Origin: a virus
IMG/VR virus record: IMGVR_UViG_2716884398_000001
Coordinates: 40,230 to 104,229 of that record
Reading direction: 5' to 3' (one strand)
Length of the DNA: 64,000 nt
Position numbers and translations under genes: made by a program. Of this stretch, positions 8,811 to 17,258 are shown piece after piece (positions within the stretch are counted from its first letter, which is position 1; every line of letters starts with the position of its first letter). The notes under the pieces are model-generated. The model did no database searches. It saw only the letters and a list, made by a program, of their open reading frames with translations, and was not told the DNA's origin.

Positions 8811-9768
8811 CTCGAATTAGTCGAAGCCCCTCCAAAATATCCTCCTTAGGTAAATCAGTATGGGCAGCATCAATATAATCTTCTAAAATCACTTCATTCA
8901 AGGTAAACAGGTCTCGCTTAGGTTTGTAATCAGAAAGCATCTCTTCATCGAAAGCAGGTTTGAACTTAAACTCTACAGAAGCAACATCTAGCCCATCTGT
9001 GACTGGTTGTGTTTCTCCAGAGGATAGGTTAACCCGTAAAAGAGTATAGTAATCAGGATTATTGATATCATCTAGACAAAACTCTATTTCAGACTTATCT
9101 ACAACAAGATACCTAGGCCCAAAAGTTACCTCATGGTACTTTGTTTCGCCATCCTCTATAGTTGCGTAATAGTTTACTTTCCGACTTTCTCCAAAGTTAG
9201 TACTATACGGAGTTCCTAAGATTGTTACTAATTCTGATTGTTTGAATCTATGAATATGCCCCAAATAAGTGCGGTTCCTAAAAGTAGCAAGAGTAATCCC
9301 GAAATCAGCATCACCAACGGAGTTAAGGCAACCGTCGTAACCAAAATGCCCAAAGACGCTATGATCTTTTGGGACAGTGAGTAGAATGTTTTTAATCCTG
9401 TCTTGATCTTCGTAGTGTGGGATGTAGGTTCGTTTTTTATCATAATCATGGGTAGTCTGTGTAACAACTTGTACATTGTCTGATTCGAATAGGGATAATA
9501 TTGTTAACCCATCATCGGATCTATTATCACTATCATGATTCCCTCGAATCAAAACCATAGGACAATGCAAACTTATGGTTTTGATTATATCGTGGAGCGC
9601 GGAGAGGACCACTGGTTGGGGTCGCCTAACCATTACGAGGTCTCCCATTATTATAACCTCGTCAGGTTTTTCCTTCTCGAATATTTTTAAAATACATTCT
9701 TTCTGTGCGTCCAGTAACCCTACAGGCTTATGTGTTAAATGTAAATCAGTCAGTAATAATGTTTTCAA
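8800..9768 (-). CDS. SbcD/Mre11-like nuclease (T4 gp47-like)
   Basis: TDLH, GDL, GNHD, GH and GHIH phosphoesterase motifs; start is TTG 9768 (GAGG upstream) or ATG 9786. Confidence 0.9.
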   Translation of the reverse strand: MKTLLLTDLHLTHKPVGLLDAQKECILKIFEKEKPDEVIIMGDLVMVRRPQPVVLSALHDIIKTISLHCPMVLIRGNHDSDNRSDDGLTILSLFESDNVQVVTQTTHDYDKKRTYIPHYEDQDRIKNILLTVPKDHSVFGHFGYDGCLNSVGDADFGITLATFRNRTYLGHIHRFKQSELVTILGTPYSTNFGESRKVNYYATIEDGETKYHEVTFGPRYLVVDKSEIEFCLDDINNPDYYTLLRVNLSSGETQPVTDGLDVASVEFKFKPAFDEEMLSDYKPKRDLFTLNEVILEDYIDAAHTDLPKEDILEGLRLIRDEH

Positions 9769-10831
9769 ACTCAACCTCTTTTCCATCGCCAAAGCTAGTT
9801 CCCACTTCAACATCTATATTTAGGGGTACGGCAAACTCGATACCGAATAGCTTCTTAATAGTCGGATAATTAACCAACTCATCATGTATGATTGAAAGAA
9901 CAATATCCAACTCATCTTTGGGACACACTACCTCCACACTATCATGAACAGTTGCAACAGGTTTAGCTTTTAAATTATTCTCCTTAAACCTCCTAGCAAC
10001 ACCTAATAAACCACAAAGAAGAATGTCAGACGCTGTACTTTGGATAGTAAAGTTTAGGCCCTGCCTTAGGGCTCTGTTGACAACCGACCTGTCACGGGAG
10101 TAAACATCGGGTAAGTTTCTTCTCCTACCAAAGATAGAATATGCGTAGCCATTTTCCCGTATAAATTCATTTACATGGTCCATGTATCTAAAAACTCCAG
10201 GGTAGACCCTTTGATAGTTCTTAATTATCTTCTCCGCTCTATCCATAGGTATGGACATTGTTTCAGCTAAATTGAACGCGCCTCCTCCATAAACAATTAA
10301 GAAGGAAACAGTCTTTGCAATCTGTCGCTCCCGTTTCGAAATATCATCCTTCCCGAACAGTAGCTTTGCCGTGTATGTATGCAGGTCTGCGCCAGAATTG
10401 AATGCATGCTGCATACTTTTCTCTTTAGCCACATGAGCAAGAACTCGCAACTCCATGGCAGCATAATCTACAGTTACAAAATGGCAGTCATGGCTTGCGG
10501 TGAACATGCTTCGAATGTTTGTATCAGTATCACGGGGAAGAGTATGGAAAGAAACACCCATAGGCTTCTGAGCATTATACGCAGCACAAGATAGCCTACC
10601 CGTTGCAGTGCCATCAAGTCTGTAGTCTACATAGACCTTGCTCCTTCCATTGTAATCAATGGCTTTCTTCGTACCTAAGATATAAGTCTTCTGTAGTTTC
10701 TGAATCTTTCTAAGACTTAATAGGTCAGAAATAAATTTTGAAGCAGACCGAAGATCCTCAGTTGATTTATCCTTGATGACCCTCTTACTGATCTTCTTTC
10801 CTTCTTCTCTGTATTGCCACTTTGAACTCAT
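9746..10831 (-). CDS. DNA polymerase family A, C-terminal polymerase fragment (part 3 of 3)
   Basis: RKIQKLQKTY, GTATGRLS, motif A DYAAMELRVLAH, motif B RQIAKTVSFLIVYG, GRRR, NFTIQSTASD and motif C VHDS. Confidence 0.93.
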   Translation of the reverse strand: MSSKWQYREEGKKISKRVIKDKSTEDLRSASKFISDLLSLRKIQKLQKTYILGTKKAIDYNGRSKVYVDYRLDGTATGRLSCAAYNAQKPMGVSFHTLPRDTDTNIRSMFTASHDCHFVTVDYAAMELRVLAHVAKEKSMQHAFNSGADLHTYTAKLLFGKDDISKRERQIAKTVSFLIVYGGGAFNLAETMSIPMDRAEKIIKNYQRVYPGVFRYMDHVNEFIRENGYAYSIFGRRRNLPDVYSRDRSVVNRALRQGLNFTIQSTASDILLCGLLGVARRFKENNLKAKPVATVHDSVEVVCPKDELDIVLSIIHDELVNYPTIKKLFGIEFAVPLNIDVEVGTSFGDGKEVEFENIITD

Positions 10832-11307
10832 GATCTTCTACTTAATTCAGAGTTAATTTGTTCGAGTAATAGCTTAAGGGTTGGAGCAGAGACTGAAGGT
10901 TTTCCACTCCCAGTCTTGTCAGGAGGGTAAAGCTCAAAACCCCCCTCTCGGGTATAAAATATTTCAGTTAAATCATTATTAGATGCAAGGTTGTCTGTGT
11001 TTACCACCTGTGAATAAGAATATAAATCGTCCTCTTGGTTCACAATAAGGTTAGACAACTCCCTATCTAATTCCTTTAGCTTTGCTTCGCTAACCTGCAA
11101 CCCCTCGTACTCCATGTCAGAAAAAACATCTAACGCTTCGGGCAAAATTTGCTCAACGAAAGTTAAGCACCCATTTTCCTCTAACTTGTTTGACACGATA
11201 TCGAAAAGTTTCAAAGTAAAATAGGCATCAGCCGCATTGCCCTCGCAGCAATCTGCCAAAGACATCGAAGACCAATCGAAAGTTTTAGGGTTTGTTACGG
11301 TTAGCAT
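10828..11307 (-). CDS. DNA polymerase family A, middle fragment (ExoIII helix plus start of thumb; part 2 of 3)
   Basis: NAADAYFTLKLF (ExoIII-like), DMEYEGLQV (ME.xG), NLASNNDL (NL.S..QL) and TGSGKPSVS (thumb ST motif). Confidence 0.85.
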   Translation of the reverse strand: MLTVTNPKTFDWSSMSLADCCEGNAADAYFTLKLFDIVSNKLEENGCLTFVEQILPEALDVFSDMEYEGLQVSEAKLKELDRELSNLIVNQEDDLYSYSQVVNTDNLASNNDLTEIFYTREGGFELYPPDKTGSGKPSVSAPTLKLLLEQINSELSRRS

Positions 11308-11313
11308 GGCTAC

Positions 11314-11319
11314 ATATTA
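11314..11319 (-). promoter_or_regulatory. Candidate -10 (TAATAT) 6 nt before the ATG of polymerase part 2 (leaderless geometry)
   Basis: Minus strand reads TAATAT-GTAGCC-ATG with no SD. Confidence 0.4.
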
Positions 11320-11351
11320 CAGGGGCAAGAGCCCAATTATAGGTTGAGATT

Positions 11352-11780
11352 ATGATTAAATTATCCGAAAGATTAAGCCCTATCCAGCAACAAAGGTCTA
11401 GAACAAAAATTCAAACAGCTTTAGCAAGGCGTGGAAATATAGATAGAGGGCATGGTATTGCACCTGTTACTCAACGAACAGCTAAAAGAGAATTGCAAAG
11501 AAAAGCATCTAGACAAGGTTCAATTCAAAGAGTCGCGTCACAGCAAAAAAAATACGGACAGCAAATTGCGTCAAGAAGTTTAGGCATTACCTCATACAAT
11601 AAACTTTTTGAGATGATGGTAGCTGATAATCCAAAAAAAGAAACTCGCGCAGTACAACGAGCAAGACTCCGTAATAAAGAAGCAGGAAGCATGTTAACCA
11701 GACCTAACCAAAGAAGATTAACAATGTTAAAAGCAGCTTTAAAAAATTTGTTATTTTCTAAAGACTCTCCAACTCCGTAG
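11352..11780 (+). CDS. Basic, Arg/Gln-rich hypothetical protein inserted antisense between polymerase parts 1 and 2
   Basis: 142 aa ORF filling the gap; no homing-endonuclease motif; contains LSE and LFE motifs. Confidence 0.65.
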   Translation: MIKLSERLSPIQQQRSRTKIQTALARRGNIDRGHGIAPVTQRTAKRELQRKASRQGSIQRVASQQKKYGQQIASRSLGITSYNKLFEMMVADNPKKETRAVQRARLRNKEAGSMLTRPNQRRLTMLKAALKNLLFSKDSPTP

Positions 11781-12771
11781 GAAAGTATAACTTCACCAAA
11801 TCCATCAAGCTCTTAGGTAGGTTCTCATCCAAGAAGTGATGCATAATCTTAGTATCCCACACATTCTTAGTGTAAATTCCGTAATTAATCAGGAATTTTA
11901 GATCAAACTTAGCATTGTGAAATACCTTCTTGTTCTTTGGGTTCTCTAGTATGGCTCTGAGATTTCTCCACATCTTCTCATAGTGGGACTCCCCCTTCCT
12001 GAATGGTGAGTCCTTATGGTCGCAAGGGATTACCCAGTTCGTCTCTCTGGATGAGATGGCTATTGTTTGGATGCTATCTTTAAGGAAGTTAAGACCAGTA
12101 GTTTCTATGTCCATTGCCAAAGTCTCTTCAGTATCCTTAAGATCATATGCCAGCTTAATTACTTCCTGAATGTCAGTTAGGACTTTGTATTGGAGCTTCC
12201 CTTCATGTTTCTTTTCGAGGACATACTTTTCATACGCATTCCTAATGTCGGTTTCGAAGAGAATCCTATGCCGAGGTTCTTTAACCACAGAATAAGGATG
12301 AAAGATAGGAACAACAACACAAGAATGTCCTTCATCAGTTGTATAATCATAAGATCTTCCCCTTTTATCAGTGATGCCACTTTTTTTAATTAGCATCTTC
12401 ATTGCAAGGTTTCCACAGGTAAATACTAATATAGGCTTTACCCTCTGTATCGTTAAGTCTAAGTGCTGTCTACAGAGCTTCATGTTATCTGGAGACATAT
12501 CAGCCTCCTTCACAGAAGGGCACTTAACAGACGCAGAAAAAGAAGCATCATGATCAAAGCAATCACTAATTAACTCCTTCTCCTGCTTAGAAAAGGCCAT
12601 CGACTTCCCGAACCTGTGGTAAAAAGAATCAGATAAAAACAAAACATCGTTTCTATCCAACGAATCATAATCTGTGATACTATAATTCGGCTTTTCTTTA
12701 TCTAAAATCGTGCAACCAGCGCATAAATCGTTGGTATTAGTAGAGTTATATAAACTATAGAGATTACGCAT
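11758..12771 (-). CDS. DNA polymerase family A, N-terminal fragment: UDG-like domain plus 3'-5' exonuclease ExoI/II (part 1 of 3)
   Basis: UDG family-4-like CAGC..SVKC..KLCRQHL..VFTCGNLA..PIFHPY, then MDIETTG (ExoI), FHNAKFD (ExoII), WDTKIMHHFLDEN and SLMDLV. Confidence 0.87.
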   Translation of the reverse strand: MRNLYSLYNSTNTNDLCAGCTILDKEKPNYSITDYDSLDRNDVLFLSDSFYHRFGKSMAFSKQEKELISDCFDHDASFSASVKCPSVKEADMSPDNMKLCRQHLDLTIQRVKPILVFTCGNLAMKMLIKKSGITDKRGRSYDYTTDEGHSCVVVPIFHPYSVVKEPRHRILFETDIRNAYEKYVLEKKHEGKLQYKVLTDIQEVIKLAYDLKDTEETLAMDIETTGLNFLKDSIQTIAISSRETNWVIPCDHKDSPFRKGESHYEKMWRNLRAILENPKNKKVFHNAKFDLKFLINYGIYTKNVWDTKIMHHFLDENLPKSLMDLVKLYFPTELESL

Positions 12772-12788
12772 ACTATGATATAGTAATG
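12769..12788. promoter_or_regulatory. Palindromic 14-nt divergent intergenic region, candidate bidirectional leaderless promoter
   Basis: CAT-ACTATGATATAGTA-ATG. TACTAT/ATAGTA form an inverted repeat; TATGAT lies 6 nt before the + ATG and TACTAT 8 nt before the - ATG. Confidence 0.55.
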
Positions 12789-13130
12789 AAAACCCATTAT
12801 ATAGACAACAAACGCTTCGAAGAGCTAATTAAAGCTTATCAGGAAGACCCTGGCGAAAGTGAAGATGAACTATTTGCTATGTTCGATATCCTTATCGGAA
12901 ACATAATTAATTCATTTTCATTTAAGCTGGACTTCGATGATGCGAAGCAGGAATGTTTTCTAATAATATTAAAAACATTAAAAAACTTCAAAAAAGAAAA
13001 CGGAAGTGCATTCAATTACTTCACAACTATTATACTAAACAATTTGAAGCTTTTGTACACAAAGGATAAAAAATATACAGAGAAGATCAACAATTACATT
13101 GATCTAAAAAAAGATCTACTCGATCCCTAA
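12786..13130 (+). CDS. Late sigma factor, T4 gp55-like (very short)
   Basis: HYIDNKRF N-terminus, DDAKQE and NF...SAFNYFTTII motifs typical of the gp55 family. Confidence 0.8.
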   Translation: MKTHYIDNKRFEELIKAYQEDPGESEDELFAMFDILIGNIINSFSFKLDFDDAKQECFLIILKTLKNFKKENGSAFNYFTTIILNNLKLLYTKDKKYTEKINNYIDLKKDLLDP

Positions 13131-13469
13131 AGTCTCATATATTTTCGGTAAGTAGTCTTCCGTATACACCCTATGCTTATCTATTTTTACAAGCTGGGGG
13201 ACTTTGTTTGTTTTGTATATAACAAAAGAGTGGGGCATATTGTAACTATCTACAATATACAAAGGGTACTTCCTTGATGAGTTAATTTCCTGTTTCTTTA
13301 GGGAATCAACGAGTTCGGTGCTGTAATCGTCCCATAAAGAAACGAATAGAATTCTAAGTTTCTTAGGCTCTTTCTTATGGGCCTTTAGAATTTTGTTAAG
13401 GTCATTTTCCTTTCTCAGGAATGTCAGGTAATAGTCTGACTTAATTTTCTTAGTCTTAGTTCTCATCAT
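13116..13469 (-). CDS. Thioredoxin-fold protein lacking CxxC
   Basis: ILFVSLWDDYS at the F..xWCxxC position, LYIVD strand and KVPQLV cis-Pro motif. Confidence 0.6.
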   Translation of the reverse strand: MMRTKTKKIKSDYYLTFLRKENDLNKILKAHKKEPKKLRILFVSLWDDYSTELVDSLKKQEINSSRKYPLYIVDSYNMPHSFVIYKTNKVPQLVKIDKHRVYTEDYLPKIYETLGIE

Positions 13470-13812
13470 TTTCATCTGCTTTTGCAGAATCAGCGACCAT
13501 TTCTTCAACAGAATCATAACCTGCATCTTCTCGCAGTGACTCTAAATCAATGTTATGTTCTTCCGCGTGTTTCTCTACAGCGTTCATTAACTTAGACTCC
13601 ATAGTTTCCAAACCCATTTTGAAGATACTTTTAAGGAAGTCTTCATCGGAAATTTCGTCAGGCTTTACAACCTCAGCGAAATTTTTAAACGCTTGAGCTT
13701 CTATCTGATTTAGTTTAATTTGTAGTTTCATTCGAGATCTCGTCCTCTCTTTTAATTTGATTGACCAATTGGATAAATTGATATCTATCGCTACTTCTTT
13801 TGTTTTATCCAT
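13456..13812 (-). CDS. Hypothetical protein
   Basis: ORF starting MDKTKEV with AGGA upstream; acidic tail. Confidence 0.7.
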   Translation of the reverse strand: MDKTKEVAIDINLSNWSIKLKERTRSRMKLQIKLNQIEAQAFKNFAEVVKPDEISDEDFLKSIFKMGLETMESKLMNAVEKHAEEHNIDLESLREDAGYDSVEEMVADSAKADENDEN

Positions 13813-13841
13813 TGCTGGTTCCTGTCGGTGTATAATAGTGT

Positions 13842-14369
13842 ATGAAAGATAATTTTGATGTAGCAAAACTAACAAAAACTAAAAAACCTAAAAAGGTTAA
13901 CAGCAGGAATAAGGGGCATTCTTTTGAGCGAAAGATAGCAACAATGCTAAATAATAAATTCGACACAAAAGAGTTTAGCCGCTCTCCTGGCTCTGGTGCG
14001 TTTGCCACAACCCATAATATCCCAGATCACCTAAAAATCTATGGAGATTTAATAACTCCTAAAGATTTTAAATTCTGTATTGAATGTAAAAAAGGATATA
14101 ACAAAGAGAATATATATAGTCTATTTAATAAGAGATCAGAGCTATGGAAATTTATAGATCAATGCGAAAAAGATTCTAAACAATGTAACAAAGAGCCCTT
14201 AATAATATTTCAACAAGATAGGCAGAAAATATTAGCTATTGTACGCTCTAATACATTTAATATTGATATAAAAAAAATAGATCTAACTAGAAAGAGTAAT
14301 AAAGAATATAATAATTATTCTATGTATCTACTAGAAGATCTATTATTAAACGATGATATTTGGATCTAA
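13842..14369 (+). CDS. Holliday-junction resolvase-like PD-(D/E)xK nuclease
   Basis: VNSRNKGHSFERKIA, RSPGSGA, GDL and IECKK motifs; TATAAT 5 nt before the ATG. Confidence 0.8.
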   Translation: MKDNFDVAKLTKTKKPKKVNSRNKGHSFERKIATMLNNKFDTKEFSRSPGSGAFATTHNIPDHLKIYGDLITPKDFKFCIECKKGYNKENIYSLFNKRSELWKFIDQCEKDSKQCNKEPLIIFQQDRQKILAIVRSNTFNIDIKKIDLTRKSNKEYNNYSMYLLEDLLLNDDIWI

Positions 14370-17197
14370 TTCATAGTTACTTCTTTTTCAAGCTGTTCAA
14401 GAAGTAGTTTTTGTCCCATAATAAACTTATACATTAAAGACTCTTGCCCATCTGATACACCTGTCGCACCTACTACTTCATTTATCATAGCATATTCTTC
14501 AGCTAATGCCTTGCTAATCATTACCGCAGAACCTGTTTGATAGGTATCTTTTCTTGTTTTTCTTGTAGTTTTTAAAGAAAGTGATTGTCTAGTACCTTTT
14601 CTCGTAATCCTAAGTGAACTACCTACGCCTTCAAAGTCCCACTCGTCTGGGTTATATAATATGCCTCTAGTAGGACCATCTAAAGGAGCTTGGTGTGAAA
14701 CAACTAGTGTACTACCTGAATCTAAGTCTTTTACATTAGTAAAACCCCCACCGACTGCACCACCCAGCATTTGTATTGTGTATGCTGCGTTTGCTCTTGC
14801 GTTGATAGCATTTGCAGTAAGATTACCTTTCGAATCTCTTTCATTGCCATCCTGGTGGTATCTGGCAGTTGTAAGTAAGCGTGTCATTCTTTCACTAATA
14901 TATGCATGATTTTGTGGAGTCATAGGAAGCCAATGCCCTTTGTCATCTTTAAACAATCTAAGAACATTATCCTGCTGTCCTTCTAGATATGAGAATTGGT
15001 TTTTTAATTTATTGTATATAGTTTGAGCCCCTGTGTTACTCCACTCACCAGGAATTACCTTACCTTTTTTATCTACCTGAACACCATCAGCGCCAGGAAA
15101 CACAGTACTTAATGCTTCAACATCTGCGTCCAATTTATCTTGATACGCTACAACTCCAGCATAAGTAGGGGAGCCTTTAATAGGATTCCCTGTATCGTCC
15201 ATGGCATCTAAACCTAAACCTGTTCTTGTCTGCTGATGCATCTGGGGGTGAACAGTACCTCCTCCAGTATCTCTAACAACCGCAGACCGATCTTCCCAGC
15301 CATTATTTTCACCTGCTTTATAACCACCAAATCTTAGATAACTTTTTAGGCTAGATCCGATTGTATAGACAGGAGTGCTATCTGTTAAGGTTCGTCCTTC
15401 AGACTTATAAACAGACTCATAATGAGAGAGTATATTCTTTGCTTCTTTTCCTTGGGTTCTAAGTTCACCTATTGTAGTAGTTTCATACCCTAATGCAAGG
15501 TGATCACAGTCCGTTCCTCCTTGGGCTAAACATGCACTACGAAAATGTTCCACTTTAGCTTCAGCTACATCTGGATCTAAATACCCGTAGACATTATCAT
15601 CTGCATATCCTTGTCCAGTGTTTACCCCTACTGGCAGAATAAGATCTGGTTCTAAAGCTTCCAAGACTGGTAATTCTAATCGTGACAACGAAACAAAATA
15701 AGACTTTAAAAGCTCGTCATTCTCTGTCATCTTTTCCAATTCTTGAAGAGTTTCATATATTTTTTGACTTTCTGTGTCAGTAGAAACTTCTCCTGCTGCA
15801 ACTTTTTTTGCCCACTGCATCGCCGCTTTGAATTTAAAATCGTCTTCAAGTAATTTACCAGCAATATAATCTAAATGATCTTTTAATATTTTTCTTCTAT
15901 CTCTAGGGTTTTTTACATTCTGAATAAGCCCAGCTATATGAAGACTGGTTATAGCAACTTCATTAATTTTCCCCCTAAAATCGTTGAGTTCTTGAGGATC
16001 ATACTTAGCTTTAGGTACTTGTTGTATAGGCATACCACCACAATTATCCATTGCTCTTTCAGCAGCATAATCTAGCATAGGATTAGATTGTATAACCATG
16101 CCCTGCTCAGTCTCACCCCTTGCTAGAAATACAAAACTATTTCCTCGCTTTTTAACATAAGTAGACATCTTTCCACAGTCTTCAAATTCTTTATCACCTA
16201 ACGCTGCTCTGAATAAAAAGTTTACTGACTCTGCTGCACCCCGCATTAAAACTATATCATTCTCAGCTAAAACAACTGGTGTAACAACCAAGTCAGTTTC
16301 GCCAGTCTCATTCCCTTTATCGTCCAATACGGGGTCAGATGAAATGTCAATGCCCTCTGCTAGTGCAAATTTTCTTTCTAAACTTGCCCCTGCATTTCCT
16401 GTAATATAAGATTGCTCTGCTTGGGTTCCTCCTTCTGCTGCTCTAGAGCCACCAGTAGCCCAATGGTCTTCCCCTTCTGGATTCCGTAATCTATAGTCTT
16501 CAGCTAATTTTTTTCCGTGACCTACCCACTCTCTTATTTTATCCTCAAGACCATCAGGACCATCATCTCTAAAACCTCTATGTCTTTCGAAAGTTCCACC
16601 TGCTCTATCCCACGAAGCATTACGGTCTAGTTCTTGCCTAAGTTCCGCATTTCTTTTGTTTCTTGCTTCTTCTTCTTTTTCTTCTGGAGTCTTGGGTTTA
16701 TCTGGAGTAGTTTTTTTAGGGGCTGCTCCTTCGTGTCGTGCTGCTAAAGCGTTTCTATATCTTCTAAATATTTGAGAATTGCCTTCACCATATCGGTTAA
16801 TAATGGGACGATCTGATTTAACATCCCCAAATCCTCGATAATAAATAAAGGTTTCCCCTTGAGGTAATATAGCTGTAGGATCTCCTCCTGACTGAATAGT
16901 CTTAATAACTTTTGCTATTGTTCCTTGAGGTACACCATAACCTGTTTCAGAATTATCAGGGTTAGGAGCATTAGGAATATCAGTACCCACACTCATTTGT
17001 CCCTTGGGGTCTGAGGTCCCTAACTGCTTAATTAGTAGATCATCAATTTCTTTTGCCGCTTCGGGATTTTGTTTTTTTAAAGTTTCATAATCTCCTGTAG
17101 GAACTTGTCCCGCAGCAGTAACCTCGTCAAGAGTAATATTTAACTGTCGCTTCTTGAGCTTATCGTAACTTTCTAGTAATTGAGTAAAATAGTTCAT
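14366..17197 (-). CDS. Large hypothetical protein, possibly head-packaged with a divergent nuclease fold
   Basis: 943 aa; starts MNYFTQLLESY; spaced RGKINE...ADDNV...IGSSLKSY motifs. Confidence 0.7.
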   Translation of the reverse strand: MNYFTQLLESYDKLKKRQLNITLDEVTAAGQVPTGDYETLKKQNPEAAKEIDDLLIKQLGTSDPKGQMSVGTDIPNAPNPDNSETGYGVPQGTIAKVIKTIQSGGDPTAILPQGETFIYYRGFGDVKSDRPIINRYGEGNSQIFRRYRNALAARHEGAAPKKTTPDKPKTPEEKEEEARNKRNAELRQELDRNASWDRAGGTFERHRGFRDDGPDGLEDKIREWVGHGKKLAEDYRLRNPEGEDHWATGGSRAAEGGTQAEQSYITGNAGASLERKFALAEGIDISSDPVLDDKGNETGETDLVVTPVVLAENDIVLMRGAAESVNFLFRAALGDKEFEDCGKMSTYVKKRGNSFVFLARGETEQGMVIQSNPMLDYAAERAMDNCGGMPIQQVPKAKYDPQELNDFRGKINEVAITSLHIAGLIQNVKNPRDRRKILKDHLDYIAGKLLEDDFKFKAAMQWAKKVAAGEVSTDTESQKIYETLQELEKMTENDELLKSYFVSLSRLELPVLEALEPDLILPVGVNTGQGYADDNVYGYLDPDVAEAKVEHFRSACLAQGGTDCDHLALGYETTTIGELRTQGKEAKNILSHYESVYKSEGRTLTDSTPVYTIGSSLKSYLRFGGYKAGENNGWEDRSAVVRDTGGGTVHPQMHQQTRTGLGLDAMDDTGNPIKGSPTYAGVVAYQDKLDADVEALSTVFPGADGVQVDKKGKVIPGEWSNTGAQTIYNKLKNQFSYLEGQQDNVLRLFKDDKGHWLPMTPQNHAYISERMTRLLTTARYHQDGNERDSKGNLTANAINARANAAYTIQMLGGAVGGGFTNVKDLDSGSTLVVSHQAPLDGPTRGILYNPDEWDFEGVGSSLRITRKGTRQSLSLKTTRKTRKDTYQTGSAVMISKALAEEYAMINEVVGATGVSDGQESLMYKFIMGQKLLLEQLEKEVTMN

Positions 17198-17214
17198 TCT
17201 ATATCATTATAGAT

Positions 17215-17258
17215 AAAGAAAAGGCCCAACCCAGCGTAAAAGACTGCGTTGGGCCTTT
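17215..17258 (-). terminator. Rho-independent terminator after the tail tube gene
   Basis: AAAGGCCCAAC...GTTGGGCCTTT stem ending in and followed by a T-rich run (TTTTCTTT) on the minus strand. Confidence 0.8.

Noticed and set aside
11352..11780. Homing endonuclease
   Set aside because: No HNH, GIY-YIG, LAGLIDADG or PD-(D/E)xK motif, and the composition is low-complexity.
10790..11800. Split intein or trans-splicing as the explanation for the fragmented polymerase
   Set aside because: There is no Cys/Ser-initiated intein N-block at the ends of parts 1 or 2, and no His-Asn-(C/S/T) near the starts of parts 2 or 3.
9746..12771. Polymerase pseudogene
   Set aside because: All catalytic polymerase motifs and ExoI/II are intact, each fragment is a clean ORF with a plausible start, and no other polymerase appears in the window.
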